Shown in pieces: positions 12,589 to 24,756 of a stretch of 64,000 bases of DNA. Each line of letters starts with the position of its first letter. The stretch's first letter is position 1. Where the stretch lies: NCBI RefSeq assembly GCF_000027125.1, contig NC_017626.1; one strand, 5' to 3'. The notes under the pieces were generated by a model that was not told where the DNA came from, searched no databases, and saw only the letters and a list, made by a program, of their open reading frames with translations. Position numbers and translations under genes: made by a program. This stretch comes from Escherichia coli 042. GTDB taxonomy: Bacteria > Pseudomonadota > Gammaproteobacteria > Enterobacterales > Enterobacteriaceae.

Positions 12589-13716
12589 TTAATATGTCTC
12601 ACCCAACGCGATTTTTAAGCGATTTATCCAGCCACACAGCCCGCTCCATACCAGCAGATTAATAATCTGCGTTGATGATTTTTCGTGTTCGAGTAATGGG
12701 CTGAACTGGGCGGCGCTAAAGCGATCGGGTGCTCGGGTCAGCCATTGTATCGCCTGAACGGTAGCGCGCTCAACAGAATGACGGTCAGCCCATTGGTTAA
12801 TTTCATTTTCGCCCTTGCGCAGAAGGGCGCTGATTTTTTTATATTCATTTGATGAATCCATACAGATGGCAAAACAAGCAGGACTGCCATTTATCCGCGC
12901 GCATAACAACGCCGCAAGCTGATTATCCGGCTGTGTATTGACCCGTGTGCTGTTTAGCAACTTTTCGAGAAGGGAAAGTGAAATAGGGTGGAGAGAGAGT
13001 GTTTCGGCCAGTTGGCAAAGTTCTGCAGTTGAACTTTTTGTGTGCTCTTCAGGTAGTTTTTCCACCTCATAGCTGCTTCGCCAGCGTATTGACTCATCAG
13101 CAAACAGTGACGCGTCGGCATAGTTTTGTATCTCCAGACCGGGTAACCAGCGTACCGGATGCCCGAGATAAGCCTGAAATGTCGCAATGGTCCGCGCCTG
13201 AAAGCCAATAAAACCAATGATTTGATTAATGATCACACAGTCCCAGACAGTAAGACCGACGTCATTCAGATGCTGGCGCGATCGGTTGTCGATAATAGAA
13301 GGCGAGCTAGCCAGTTGGCGGGCATATTGCGTGATTTGTGCTAACCGATGATTACTTTCCCTGGAGGAATCAGGCCCGGGGAGCGGCGTAAGTCGCGCCG
13401 AATAGTAGTTACATAACCGCTGGACGCCGCAAACCTGAGCAACCGTCAGGGCCGTCGACAAGCGTTCATAAGCGGTGAAGGTCTGTGAACGGGTCACGGT
13501 AAGCTGGTCAGGGAACAACTCCACTGCAAGAACGCGCGCAGGGACCAGCCATGAAAGGAAGGGTGACAGCGTTTCTTCATCAAGGATCACGTCGAGCAGA
13601 AAGGGATCGCTGACCTTTGCGGCTTCCGGGACCAGAGGCAGAACGTCATATTCCGCAGTACTGGATTGCGTTTCATGATACCAGTGGCTTTTGCCGGTGA
13701 TGTGGCGTTGTTCCAT
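12589..13716 (-). CDS. yciW: Uncharacterised protein YciW
   Basis: About 375 aa from internal Met ([15 protein letters not shown]...); start assignment uncertain, ORF extends to 13794. Confidence 0.8.
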   Translation of the reverse strand: MEQRHITGKSHWYHETQSSTAEYDVLPLVPEAAKVSDPFLLDVILDEETLSPFLSWLVPARVLAVELFPDQLTVTRSQTFTAYERLSTALTVAQVCGVQRLCNYYSARLTPLPGPDSSRESNHRLAQITQYARQLASSPSIIDNRSRQHLNDVGLTVWDCVIINQIIGFIGFQARTIATFQAYLGHPVRWLPGLEIQNYADASLFADESIRWRSSYEVEKLPEEHTKSSTAELCQLAETLSLHPISLSLLEKLLNSTRVNTQPDNQLAALLCARINGSPACFAICMDSSNEYKKISALLRKGENEINQWADRHSVERATVQAIQWLTRAPDRFSAAQFSPLLEHEKSSTQIINLLVWSGLCGWINRLKIALGETY

Positions 13717-13859
13717 GGGCGCTCCTTGGTCGTAAAGGAAATCGTTATCCTGACGCAAGGCGGGAAGGGGAGAAAGACGGATCGGCGATAACAAATATCA
13801 GAAAGGTATAACAGAGATAACGGGCGGCAGAACGCCGCCCGTCTTGACCAACAGAACGA

Positions 13860-14648
13860 TTATTTCAGTTCGAGTTCGTTCATTGCAGCGATGCTGAAAC
13901 CGCCGTCAACGTGGACCACTTCACCGGAGATACCGGCAGAGAGATCGGAGCACAGGAATGCCGCAGAGTTACCCACATCTTCAATGGTAACGGTACGGCG
14001 AATCGGGGTAACGGCTTCGCAATGAGCCAGCATTTTGCGGAAGTCTTTGATACCGGAAGCCGCCAGAGTACGGATCGGACCCGCAGAGATGGCGTTAACA
14101 CGCACACCTTCCGGACCCATCGCGTTCGCCATATAGCGCACGTTTGCTTCCAGAGACGCTTTTGCCAGACCCATAACGTTGTAGTTCGGGATAGCGCGCT
14201 CAGCGCCAAGGTAGGAAAGGGTCAGCAGGGCAGAACCCGGATTCAGCATGGAGCGGCAAGCTTTTGCCATTGCAACGAAGCTGTAGGAGCTGATGTCGTG
14301 GGCAATTTTGAAGCCTTCACGGGTAACGGCGTTAACATAGTCACCATCCAGCTGATCGCCAGGTGCAAAACCAATAGAGTGTACGAAACCGTCAAATTTC
14401 GGCCAAACTTTCCCCAGTTCAGCGAACATGGTGTCGATGCTGGCATCTTCTGCAACATCGCACTGCAGAACGATGTCAGAACCCAATTGAGCGGCAAATT
14501 CTTCTACGCGGCCTTTCAGTTTGTCGTTCTGGTAGGTGAATGCCAGTTCAGCTCCTTCGCGGTGCATCGCCTGAGCGATACCGTAGGCGATGGACAGTTT
14601 GCTGGCAACACCGGTTACCAGAATGCGCTTACCGGAAAGAAAACCCAT
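13860..14648 (-). CDS. fabI: Enoyl-ACP reductase (NADH)
   Basis: 262 aa; [28 protein letters not shown]... is the classic FabI N-terminus. Confidence 0.96.
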
Positions 14649-14812
14649 AGCTTTAATCCTTATTGTTGATGCTTGTTGTGCCTGAAAATCAGGCGATTCG
14701 TCGTTTTAGTAAACAGTACGAACAGATAAACGGTTATTATAATCAACCTGGCTGTGAGTGGCTATAGTTGCCAGGTCCGACCGGAGCAGGGTGCGGGCAG
14801 GGTGGGCGCTTT

Positions 14813-15070
14813 TCCCCTCACCCTAACCCTCTCCCCAGAGGGGCGAGGGGACCGTATTGTGCAAATATTGTCACCCCAGCAACAAACAGGCTTATACAGC
14901 CCCCTAACCCTTTCAGGGCGATGGCTGGGGTGAGAGTGAATGGTGGTTCAGACCTTGCCGAATATTCTTCATCATCCGCCTCCATGTTTTCACCACAACA
15001 GCTATTCGGCTCGGTCGGCCCCCTCGCCCTTTCAGGGAGAGGGTTGGGGTGAGGGTGACAGGCGGTTCAG
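14813..15070. repeat. Cluster of three GC-rich imperfect palindromic intergenic repeat units
   Basis: Three related units (cccctcaccctaaccctctccccagaggggcgagggg; ccccctaaccctttcagggcgatggctggggtgagagtg; ccccctcgccctttcagggagagggttggggtgagggtg) between fabI and ycjD. Confidence 0.7.
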
Positions 15071-15397
15071 TTCCTGCAGAATAATCTCCAGCACCGCCTC
15101 CTCATTACAATCAATCTCGTTATTCCAGAAACGCAGCACGGTCCAGCCCTGCGACTCAAGCCAGCTAGTGCGCCTGGAATCATAGGCAACTGCCAAATCA
15201 TGCTGCCCACCATCCAGCTCAACTACTACACGCGCCGAGCAGCAAGCAAAATCGAGAATGTAGCTCCCCACCGGATGTTGACGGCGAAATTTGAAATCAC
15301 CAAAACGTCGGCTGCGAAGATATCGCCAGAGCTTTCGTTCCTGCGAAGTGAGATTGCGTCTTAAATCACGCGCATTTGATTTTATTTTATCCATCAC
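15032..15397 (-). CDS. ycjD: DUF559-family protein YcjD
   Basis: About 120-aa ORF; its 3' end runs into the repeat cluster. Confidence 0.75.
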   Translation of the reverse strand: MMDKIKSNARDLRRNLTSQERKLWRYLRSRRFGDFKFRRQHPVGSYILDFACCSARVVVELDGGQHDLAVAYDSRRTSWLESQGWTVLRFWNNEIDCNEEAVLEIILQELNRLSPSPQPSP

Positions 15398-15464
15398 CTC
15401 ATTCTGACAAGATTTAATCTCTTGTCAGAATGAGGTGAATAATCTGGAAGGAGGATTCAGAAAA

Positions 15465-16271
15465 TTAACGATCTTTACGCCACGCATCCGCCGTCAATGC
15501 CTCGCCAAAATGACCGGCAATAAGCCGTTTGGTGAGTTCATGCAGCGGCGATGCCAGCACATCGGCGGTGCTGCCTCGCTCGACAACCTCGCCCTGATGC
15601 ATCACCAGCACCTGGTCGCTAATGTGCTTCATCATTCCGATATGCTGGGTAACATAAATATACGAAATGCCCTGTTTTTCCTGTAACTCAAGCATCAGAT
15701 TAATCAACTGCGAACGCATCGACATATCCAGTGAGGCGAGGGCTTCATCGGCAATAATGACTTTTGGGCGCAATATCAGCGCGCGTGCCAGACCCAGACG
15801 CTGTTTTTGCCCGGGTGCCAACATATGCGGATAGTAACTGACGTGATCCGGTAGCAGCCCAACCATACGCATCGTTTCAATAATCTGTTTGCGACGCTGT
15901 TCCGGTTCCAGGTCGGTGTTCAGACGCAGTGGAAAATCCAGAATTTGCGAGATACGTTGACGGGGATTCAACGAGGTCGAAGGATCCTGAAAAATCATGC
16001 GAATACGCTGACTGCGGAAGGAATAATCGCCAAAATGCAGCGGATGATCGTCAATCAATAACTCGCCGCTGGTAGGTTCTATCATTCCCGCCAGCATTTT
16101 TGCCAGCGTGGATTTACCCGAACCATTCTCGCCAATAATCGCCAGTGTCTGGCCTTCACGTAGCGTAAAGCTCAAGGGTTTTACCGCTTCTACGGTCTGA
16201 CGACGAAACCAGCCGGTTCGATAGCGGAACGTTTTACTTAAATTACGCACTTCAAGCAGCGTTTCGATCAT
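15465..16271 (-). CDS. sapF: Peptide/putrescine ABC transporter ATPase SapF
   Basis: 268 aa; Walker A (GENGSGKST) and ABC signature. Confidence 0.92.
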   Translation of the reverse strand: MIETLLEVRNLSKTFRYRTGWFRRQTVEAVKPLSFTLREGQTLAIIGENGSGKSTLAKMLAGMIEPTSGELLIDDHPLHFGDYSFRSQRIRMIFQDPSTSLNPRQRISQILDFPLRLNTDLEPEQRRKQIIETMRMVGLLPDHVSYYPHMLAPGQKQRLGLARALILRPKVIIADEALASLDMSMRSQLINLMLELQEKQGISYIYVTQHIGMMKHISDQVLVMHQGEVVERGSTADVLASPLHELTKRLIAGHFGEALTADAWRKDR

Positions 16272-16272
16272 C

Positions 16273-17265
16273 TCACTCTTTCTCCATGTTCAGCGGGAAA
16301 TGACAGGCATAGAGATGATTTTTCGCCCCCGTCAAACGTGGCGTCACAATGCATTCTCGTTGTGCATACGGGCAACGCGGCCCCAGACGACACCCAATCG
16401 GTAACTGTTCCAGCAGTGGGATAGCGCCGGGCAGCGTATTGAGGCGACTTTTATGCGGCATCGCGCTGCCGAAGTCTGGTATCGCGCGGATCAGCGCCTG
16501 GGTATAAGGATGATGTGGCATCGTCACCAACTCCTTACTTGGCGCGGTTTCCACCGTTTGACCGCAGTAAAGCACGTTAATTTTATCCGCCCATTGGCTA
16601 AGCATTTGTAAGTCATGGCTGATAAGCAAAATAGTGGTATTGCTGTTTTGGTTGAGACGCGTCAGCAGGCGAAAGATTTGCGCCTGGGTTGTTGGCTCCA
16701 TTGAGTTTGTCGGTTCGTCAGCAATCAGCAGACGCGGTTGATTCGCCAGTGCAATGGCTATCATCACTTTCTGACATTCACCTTCGGTCAACTCATAGGG
16801 AAAACTGCGCATTGCATCTTTGTGATCTTTAATCCCCACGCGGTGCAGCAGTTCAATGGCACGGCGTTTGCGCCAGCCAAAACGCTGCCACCAACGGCCT
16901 TTATAGGTCCAGGCTGGGATGTTTTGCATCAACTGGCGACCCACACGTTCTGAAGGGTCAAGACACGACTGCGGTTCCTGGAAAATCATCGACACGTTGT
17001 GACCAACCAGCTTGCGCCGTTCGCGTGCGGAGAGACGCAGCAAATCGATATCATCAAAACGCATACGATCAGCTGTAACACGCCAGTTATCTTTATTCAC
17101 CCCACAAATTGCTTTCGCAATCAAACTTTTGCCGGAACCGGATTCGCCAACAAGACCGCGGATTTCACCTTCGGTTAAGGTCATACTTACGCGGTCGACG
17201 GCTTTAACCCACTCATCACCGGTTTTAAATTCAATGGTCAGGTTACGAATATCGAGTAATGGCAT
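16273..17265 (-). CDS. sapD: ABC transporter ATPase SapD
   Basis: 330 aa; Walker A (GESGSGKS); immediately upstream of sapF. Confidence 0.92.
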
Positions 17266-18155
17266 TATTCCACCCCCGCAATAATTGCACGACGGACACC
17301 GTCGCCAAGGAGGTTAACCAACAGCACGCTAATCATAATTGCCGCACCTGGCAGCATGACAGTCCACGGGGCGACATAAATCAGTTCCAGCGCATCACCG
17401 AGCATCGCTCCCCATTCAGGCGAGGGGAGTTGTGCGCCGAGATCGAGAAAGCCCAGCGCGGCGATATCGAGAATTGCCATCGACAGTGCGCGGGTGATCT
17501 CGGTGACCAGCCCGGCGGTGATGTTTGGCATCACAGCAAACCAGAGAATATTCAGCGTTGATGCGCCATCCAGACGGGCGGCGATAACGTACTCTTTTTC
17601 CAGTTCGTCATGCACCATGCTGTAAATCGAACGTACCATACGCGGCAGTAGCGCCAGCCAGACGGCAAACATGGCGTGAGACAAACTCGGTCCGGCAAAC
17701 GCTACAACGATAATTGCCAGCAGCAGGGAAGGGATCGCCAGTAAGGTATCCAGAATATGGTTAAGCACCGCTGAGCGTAGGCCGTGCGTCGCCCCGGCGA
17801 AGGTGCCCAGTACCAGGCCACAGATCGTCGCGGCAAGCGTCACCACAAATGCGCCGCCTACGGTTGGCGCAGCTCCGCTCAGTAAACGGCTTAAAACATC
17901 GCGTCCGAGGTCGTCAGTCCCAAGGAAGAAAGAAACTTCGCCATAGCGCGACCATGACGGCGGCAATAATTGATAACCGAGAAATTGCTGATCGATGCCG
18001 TAAGGCGCAAACCAGCCGCCAAAAATACACAGTACAGCCAGCCCCGCGCAGCCGTACAGGCCGACCATCGCAGAGGCGTCACTATAAAATTTGCGCCAGG
18101 CGGTACGCAGCGTGCCCGGCGGGCGCTTTTCGCTGTATACGCTATCGTAAGGCAT
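17265..18155 (-). CDS. sapC: ABC transporter permease SapC
   Basis: 296-aa polytopic permease; start overlaps the sapD-proximal end by 1 bp. Confidence 0.92.
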
Positions 18156-19107
18156 ACCATTCCTTATTTTTCAGAGGGTTAGCCATGGCACCCAAAATAT
18201 CAGAAATCACGTTAACAATAATGACCAGTGAACCACACACCATCACTCCGGCGGAAATGGCTGCGTAATCCTGCTGGCGGATGGCGTTAATTAACCAGCG
18301 GCCTAAACCCGGCCAGCTAAAAACCATTTCGGTGATCATCGCCAGCGTCAGCATGGTAGAAAACTGTAAGCCCAGGCGAGGAATAACCGGAGGTAACGCG
18401 TTATGCAGAACGTGGCGACGCAAAATAGTAAAGCGCGACAAACCGCGGGTCGCCGCTGCTTTAACATAGTTCTGGTCATACACTTCGATAGTGCTGATAC
18501 GCATCAGTCGGATCACTTCAGTTGTTGGCGCAACCGACAGGGTGATCACGGGCAATATCATATGGCGGATTGCGCTCATGATCATTTCATCCCGCCATGA
18601 TGAGTCCGAAAGCCAGGCATCAATCAACGCAAAACCGGTAATCGGTTTCACTTCGTAGAGCAGATCGAAACGCCCTGAAACGGGCAACCAACCTAGCGTG
18701 AGTGAACAAAACAGCGTCAACAGAAGCGCCAGCCAGAACACCGGGATTGAAAAGCCCAGTAAGGCGATGGCGTTGATCAAGTTATCCTGCCACTTATGGC
18801 GCGTAATCCCGGCAATCATCCCCACGGGGATGCCAACAATCAGCGCAAAACCGAAGGCGAGGATGCACAGTTCCATCGTTGCCGGGAAGACCTCTTTTAA
18901 CTGTTCGGCAATCGGTTGACCGTTAATGCTGGAAACACCAAAATCCCAGTGGATCAGGCCATTAAACCAGAACACCCAGGCATTCCACAGTGACGCGCCT
19001 TGTAACGGCGCATGTGGGGTGAAATAGCTCAAGCTGAAGCCAACGAAGGTCAGCAGGAACAAGGTGACAATCAATAACAAAATGCGGCGTAAGGTGAAGA
19101 TAATCAT
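18142..19107 (-). CDS. sapB: ABC transporter permease SapB
   Basis: 321-aa permease overlapping sapC by 14 bp. Confidence 0.92.
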
Positions 19108-20747
19108 GGTTTTTTCACCTCATCCTGTTTCTCGCGATACACCCCAGCAAAGGAGGCGTTACCGAACGGGCTAAGTACCAGACCTTTGATATCGTACCGA
19201 TAGGCCTGCAAGCGCAATGACGAGGCCAGCGGCAATATTGGTAATTCCTGCGCCAGAATACTTTGCGCTTCGTCATAGGCTTCAATACGCGCCGCCAGCT
19301 GCTGCGAGGAGAGCGCCTTACGCAACACGCTGTCGAATTTCGGATCGCACCAGTGGGCGAGGTTGGTCTGCGAATGAATTGCTGCGCAGCTCAGTAACGG
19401 ACGGAAGAAACTGTCCGGGTCGTTACTGTCCGTCGCCCAACCGGATAACGTCAGATCATGGCTCATATCCATCAACCGCGCCTCCTGAAAACGACCTTCT
19501 ACCGGCACAATCACCACTTTTACGCCAACCTGCGCCATATCCGCCTGAATCAGTTCGGCGGTTTTCAGTGGACTGGGGTTCCACGCCTGCGAACGTGTTG
19601 GCACCCACAGTTTGAGCGTTAAGTTTTCCAGCCCCAACGCCTTTAACTGTTCGCGCGATTTCGCCGGATTGTATTCAGTAATTTTAGCCTCGTTGTCATA
19701 GGCCCACGAGGCGCGCGGTAAAATAGAGGCTGCCGTTTCAGCCGTACCATAATAGATGGATTGCATCAGACGCTGGTTATTGATCGCCAGTGCCAGCGCA
19801 TGGCGGACAGCGGGATTATTTAGCGGCGGTTTAGCGGTGTTAAATGCCAGATAGGCGACATTCATCCCTGGACGCAGCGTTAAACGCAAGCGTGGGTCGT
19901 CACGCAAAATGGATAGCTGACTGGCAGCAGGCCAGGCCAGAACGTCGCACTCCCCGGTCAGGAGTTTCGACAGACGTCCGGTACCGCCGGAGCCTAAATC
20001 CACCACCACCTGCGGCATTAACGGTTTGCCGCGCCAGAAGTCATCATGACGTTGTAGGCGAATAAATTGCCCGGCGCGGTATTCCGACAACTGATACGGT
20101 CCAGTGCCGACCGGCTGACGGTCGAGTTGTTCCTGACGATCTTCTTTCTCTAACTTCCGGGCATATTCTGCCGACATGACCGATGCATAATGGGTCGCCA
20201 GGTGCCACAAAAAAGAAGCATCCGGCTGGGCGAGTCGGAACTCAACGGTATGATTATCCAGTTTGCGGACGCTTTTCACGTTATCGGCAAATTGCAGGCT
20301 GTCGAAGTAGGGGAAGTTGCTGCCGTTGACGTTATGCCACGGGTTGTTGCGGTCAAAAATTCGCTGGAAGGTAAACACCACATCGTCGGCATTCATTTTA
20401 CGAGTGGGAGTAAACCAGTCGGTTTTTTGAAACGGAACATCGCGACGCAGGTGGAAGCGATAGGTCGCGCCGTTATCGAGAACTTCCCAGCTTTCGGCAA
20501 GTTCCGGCATCAGGCGATAGGTATAGGGATCGACATCCAGCAGTCGATCATAAAACTGGGCGGCAAGGGTATCGACAATTAACCCACTGCTCGCTTTGGA
20601 TGGGTTAAAGGTGTTGACTTGCCCGCTGACGCAATAGACAAAACCGCTGTCGCGGATATCAGCATGCGGGGGGGATTCAGGCGCGGCGATTGCCTGACCA
20701 CTCACAAGTCCAGCAATCACCAAAAGAGACGATAATACCTGGCGCAT
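19104..20747 (-). CDS. sapA: Periplasmic substrate-binding protein SapA (family 5 SBP)
   Basis: 547 aa with signal peptide; overlaps sapB by 4 bp. Confidence 0.92.
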   Translation of the reverse strand: MRQVLSSLLVIAGLVSGQAIAAPESPPHADIRDSGFVYCVSGQVNTFNPSKASSGLIVDTLAAQFYDRLLDVDPYTYRLMPELAESWEVLDNGATYRFHLRRDVPFQKTDWFTPTRKMNADDVVFTFQRIFDRNNPWHNVNGSNFPYFDSLQFADNVKSVRKLDNHTVEFRLAQPDASFLWHLATHYASVMSAEYARKLEKEDRQEQLDRQPVGTGPYQLSEYRAGQFIRLQRHDDFWRGKPLMPQVVVDLGSGGTGRLSKLLTGECDVLAWPAASQLSILRDDPRLRLTLRPGMNVAYLAFNTAKPPLNNPAVRHALALAINNQRLMQSIYYGTAETAASILPRASWAYDNEAKITEYNPAKSREQLKALGLENLTLKLWVPTRSQAWNPSPLKTAELIQADMAQVGVKVVIVPVEGRFQEARLMDMSHDLTLSGWATDSNDPDSFFRPLLSCAAIHSQTNLAHWCDPKFDSVLRKALSSQQLAARIEAYDEAQSILAQELPILPLASSLRLQAYRYDIKGLVLSPFGNASFAGVYREKQDEVKKP

Positions 20748-20994
20748 AATATTAATGGATTTTATGTAAAGAGGCTATCTTACTAATATTTAATGACATT
20801 TGCCATTACCGTTTGTGTTCAGGGGTCGTAATGAGGGCCGTGTGGTTGGTCGTTGAACAGGTGACGTCGCCATCTGTTCAACATTCGTACCCGTGATTTC
20901 TCTATAACTATAACTCACAGAACAACTTAGCGAGGAGCAGAGCGGTACGATCGTGAGAACCCCATTAAAGCACGCTGCAGTGCGTGTCATTTTT

Positions 20995-21030
20995 AGCCGG
21001 ATGCGGCGTGAACGCTTTATCCGGGCAACG
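20995..21030. repeat. REP (palindromic unit) element
   Basis: gccggatgcggcgtgaacgctttatccgggc matches the canonical E. coli REP consensus. Confidence 0.6.
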
Positions 21031-21059
21031 ATACTGACCGAGCGTCTGCAATGAAATAA

Positions 21060-21305
21060 TTACTCATTACCCCATTGATTCAAAAACTCTGCGATCTCAT
21101 CAATGCGTACGGGATTAATCCCCGCTTCAGCAGCCATTTCATGTTGGGCTTCTTCGCTGATCTCTTCATTGTTCATCAAACGGGTGAGCAGTAACTGGAA
21201 GTAGTGGGCCAGCGGTGTGCGTTCAGCGTCTGCGACAGGCTCTGCGCATTCGGTCGCGTACTCATCGGCAATATCAAAATATTTTAGCGGGATATCGTGG
21301 TTCAT
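21060..21305 (-). CDS. ymjA: Small protein YmjA
   Basis: 81-aa acidic ORF at the expected position between sapA and puuP. Confidence 0.8.
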   Translation of the reverse strand: MNHDIPLKYFDIADEYATECAEPVADAERTPLAHYFQLLLTRLMNNEEISEEAQHEMAAEAGINPVRIDEIAEFLNQWGNE

Positions 21306-21438
21306 TATTTGCCCCTGGGGTTAATGCGCTAAGCATAAGGGCGGATGATAGCACTCGTGATCCGGGTCATACATCTTTTTATAGTTAATGGCGCGGTGCA
21401 TTACCCTCAGGCAGGATAATGCGCCGCGCATCCGACTA

Positions 21439-22824
21439 TTACGTTTCGCTCACCGGCGTTCTGTCACCATCATACAACGGCACTTTGCGATAGCGGCGGA
21501 TCAGATACCACAAATATGCGCCGCCTAACGAAGCCCATACCAGACCGAGTGTCAGTGACGTTGACTCGAGGTTAACCCACAGCACACCCACCGTCAGCGC
21601 GCCAACCAGCGGCATCAGCAAATAGTGGAAGTGATCCTTCCAGCTTTTATTCATTCCTTTACGCCGCCAGAAATGATTAAACACCGACAGATTTACGAAG
21701 GTAAATGCCACCAGAGCACCGAAGTTAATCAATGCTGTCGCGGTGACTAAATCAAAGAACAGCGCTGACAACGCGACAATCCCGACCATAATGACGTTCA
21801 GTGCCGGAGTCCGCCATTTCGGGTGCACATAGCCAAACACGCGCTCCGGAAACACATTGTCACGCCCCATCACATACAGCAGACGCGACACGCTGGCGTG
21901 CGACGCCAGGCCAGACGCTAACGTGTTCACAAACGTGGTACAGAGGAAAATCGACTGGAAGAGCTTGCCGCCGACGTATAGCGCAATTTCAGGCAGTGCG
22001 GCGTCCGGGTCTTTAAAGCGGCTGATATCGGGAAAGAACAGCTGCATAAAGAACGACGCAGCGATAAAGATAACGCCGCCGTATACCGCCGTCAGGAAGA
22101 TGGCTTTCGGGATCACGCGTGCGGCGTCCGGCGTCTCTTCCGAAAGCGTGGTCACCGCATCGAAACCGAGGAAGGAGAAACAGACAATCGTCGCCCCGGT
22201 AATAATCGGGATCAGGTGCGCGTTCTCGCTGATAAACGGCTGAAGTGACCAGACGGTGCCAACGCCTTCTCCTTTATGCAGTCCCTGAACCACCAGGAAG
22301 ATAAACACCACCATGATGGAGATTTGCACCAGTACAAACAGGGTATTGAAGTTAGCAACCAGGTTGACGCTCTTCAGATTCGCGGCGGTTAAAATGGCGA
22401 CGAAGGTTACCACCCACACCCACGGCGGCACTTCCGGGAAGAGGGCGGAGAGATAGATTTTCGCCAATAAAACGTTGATCATTGGCAAAAAGAGATAATC
22501 CAGCAGTGATGACCATCCGACCATAAATCCGACGTGCGGGTTAATCGACTTTTGCGCGTAGGTATAGGCCGAACCGGCTTCCGGAAACTGGCGAACCAGT
22601 TTGCCGTAGCTGATAGCGGTAAACAGCACGCCCGCCAGCGCCAGCAAATAGGACGCCGGAACGTGACCGTCGCTAATGCCGGAGACAATACCAAAAGTAT
22701 CAAATACGGTCATCGGCGTGAGATAGGCCAGACCCATCATCACCACCTGCCACAATTTCAGTGATTTTCGCAGACGGGTTTTGCCAGATTGCGCAGCAAT
22801 AGTCAGTGGTGAATTAATAGCCAT
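21439..22824 (-). CDS. puuP: Putrescine importer PuuP (APC family)
   Basis: 461 aa from internal Met ([15 protein letters not shown]...); 12-TM amino-acid/polyamine permease. Confidence 0.9.
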   Translation of the reverse strand: MAINSPLTIAAQSGKTRLRKSLKLWQVVMMGLAYLTPMTVFDTFGIVSGISDGHVPASYLLALAGVLFTAISYGKLVRQFPEAGSAYTYAQKSINPHVGFMVGWSSLLDYLFLPMINVLLAKIYLSALFPEVPPWVWVVTFVAILTAANLKSVNLVANFNTLFVLVQISIMVVFIFLVVQGLHKGEGVGTVWSLQPFISENAHLIPIITGATIVCFSFLGFDAVTTLSEETPDAARVIPKAIFLTAVYGGVIFIAASFFMQLFFPDISRFKDPDAALPEIALYVGGKLFQSIFLCTTFVNTLASGLASHASVSRLLYVMGRDNVFPERVFGYVHPKWRTPALNVIMVGIVALSALFFDLVTATALINFGALVAFTFVNLSVFNHFWRRKGMNKSWKDHFHYLLMPLVGALTVGVLWVNLESTSLTLGLVWASLGGAYLWYLIRRYRKVPLYDGDRTPVSET

Positions 22825-23126
22825 AATTGCTGCCTCCCCTGCGTAATAAGGTTTGCGGTCGTGTCGACCTGAAATCAAACCTGTTTAGCAAGGGAAGCAA
22901 AGGGGGCAGAGTCCAGTCAGTCGCAGGAGGGGCGCATACGCAGCCTCCCTCGCCATGCGGGGATTTAATCATCGGCATCATCTCATTTCCTCGTCACAGT
23001 CTTAATCGTTAACGGAAGCCCGTTGCCGCCTGCGCTCCATAACGCGACATCCGGAAAATGTCTGGATTACCAGCAAATGTCAGGCCTGGCTCCGCTCAGG
23101 CCGATGAAACAACCCCGCAAGGGGTA

Positions 23127-24545
23127 TTACGCGTTTTTCAACATCCACTCAATTTCTGTTTCTGTGATGAGGCGCTCAAACTGCAACAGCTCATCATTTT
23201 TACAGGCGTGATAGACATGGCAGAAGCGTTCGCCTAAATAGCGGCGCAGGTGATCATTCTCGATAAACTCACCCAGGGCATCGCTCTGACGAATCGGGAA
23301 GGGTAAGCCTTCCTGTTCCAGCCCGTTACCTTCGACTTCTTCCTGTAATGGCAGTTCGTTATCAAGGCCATGCAAAATACCGGCAAAAATCGCCGCCATC
23401 ACCAGATACGGGTTGGCATCGGCACCCGCCACGCGATATTCCACGCGGTGATTATGGCGATCGCCGCACGGAATACGCAGGGCGACGGTGCGGTTGTTAT
23501 GGCCCCACGACGCCTGCGTCGGTACATACATACCTGGCTGGAAGCGGCGATACGAGTTCACGTTTGGTGCCAGCAACGCCATTGATGACGGCATCAGGTC
23601 AATCATCCCGGCAAGCATCTTTTTCAGCAGCGGCGAATCTTCGCCTTCCGCGTCAGAAAGCACGTTCTCGCCACGGTTATTTTGCATACTGATATGGATA
23701 TGCATCCCGCTGCCCGCGTGCTCTTCATACGGCTTCGCCATAAAAGTGGCGTGCATCTTATGCTTTTCTGCCATCAGACGCACCAGGCGTTTTAGTGCCA
23801 GCGCATCATCGCAAGCTTCCAGCACGTTATCAGTATGGTAAAGATTGATTTCAAACTGACCTGGCGAGGCCTCGGCGACCGCGCCATCTGCCGGAATCAG
23901 CTGTAACTGCGCCAGCTCATCAATATCATTAAGCACGTCGGCGAAGTGGTTGAGGTTATCAACGGAGTAAACCTGGCTTTGTGTATTGCGGTCATCGGTG
24001 CCGGGCGCGCAGGGCGGTTGCAGATATCCTTCAGCGTCGCGCTGGCGATCCAGTAAATAGAACTCCAGCTCTACCGCTACGACCGGGAACAATCCGCGCT
24101 GGCGCAGCTGCTGCCACAGGCGGTTAAGAACGTTCCGCGGCTCAACGTCAAAGGGAGCGCCATCTTCATCGACCATGGTCAGGAGCATCTGACCGATAAA
24201 CTCTGGATCGGCGGCAGAAGGGGTTAAGGAACCGAGAACAGGAACACAGGTACGATCCGGCTCGCCCATTTCCTGACCCAGGCCCGCTTCTTCTACTACA
24301 TTACCCAGAATATCCATTGCAAACACCGAGGCCGGGAAATAACACCCTTTCTCGAGCTTCTTCAGGCTTGAAACAGGAATACGTTTTCCACGGAAGCAAC
24401 CATTCAAATCGGTAAGTAAAACATCAACATATTGCGTATTCGGGTAGCGCTCCAGGTAGCGTTTCACTTCCTGCGTAAAGGCGCTACCCCGCCTCTCTTC
24501 TGACTGCTGAACAAAGTTCTCTACTTCAACGATATTGGTTTCCAT
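23127..24545 (-). CDS. puuA: Gamma-glutamylputrescine synthetase (glutamine synthetase family)
   Basis: 472 aa from internal Met (METNIVEVENFVQQ...); GS catalytic-domain motifs. Confidence 0.92.
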   Translation of the reverse strand: METNIVEVENFVQQSEERRGSAFTQEVKRYLERYPNTQYVDVLLTDLNGCFRGKRIPVSSLKKLEKGCYFPASVFAMDILGNVVEEAGLGQEMGEPDRTCVPVLGSLTPSAADPEFIGQMLLTMVDEDGAPFDVEPRNVLNRLWQQLRQRGLFPVVAVELEFYLLDRQRDAEGYLQPPCAPGTDDRNTQSQVYSVDNLNHFADVLNDIDELAQLQLIPADGAVAEASPGQFEINLYHTDNVLEACDDALALKRLVRLMAEKHKMHATFMAKPYEEHAGSGMHIHISMQNNRGENVLSDAEGEDSPLLKKMLAGMIDLMPSSMALLAPNVNSYRRFQPGMYVPTQASWGHNNRTVALRIPCGDRHNHRVEYRVAGADANPYLVMAAIFAGILHGLDNELPLQEEVEGNGLEQEGLPFPIRQSDALGEFIENDHLRRYLGERFCHVYHACKNDELLQFERLITETEIEWMLKNA

Positions 24546-24756
24546 GATTCTTCGCCTTTGGTTTGTTTTCCGCTCGTTATCAAAGCGTAAAATATAATGA
24601 CCACCATTCGAATCTGTATGCAAACTAAATGTTTGTCAAATGTTAAATTGAGTTTGCAAAAATGAAAACCCACTGCTAGATTGAAAAAATATTGAACATA
24701 AAGGTCATTTAAAGCGCAGTAATGGCGATAATTTAGTCCACTTTGTGAGATTGAGC
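24546..24756. promoter_or_regulatory. Divergent puuA / puuD control region with candidate PuuR operator
   Basis: AT-rich divergent intergenic region; inverted repeat atgcaaact...agtttgcaa and tandem aaatgtt motifs. Confidence 0.5.

Noticed and set aside
13911-14669. 252-aa plus-strand ORF lying entirely antisense within fabI
   Set aside because: It is embedded opposite a highly conserved essential gene and has no start context or recognisable domain. Long antisense ORFs like this are common in GC-rich coding DNA. The same reasoning applies to many other antisense ORFs in the track, for example inside rnb, puuC, puuE, abgT and abgB.
14813-15070. Possible CRISPR array suggested by the repeated GC-rich units
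   Set aside because: The units are imperfect, in alternating orientation and irregularly spaced. There are no uniform direct repeats with unique spacers and no cas genes nearby.
14768-15185. Two plus-strand ORFs (94 and 81 aa) across the fabI-ycjD repeat cluster
   Set aside because: Their sequence is made of GC-rich palindromic repeat units and the translations are low-complexity (Pro/Gly/Ser-rich). They are most likely artefacts of the repeats.
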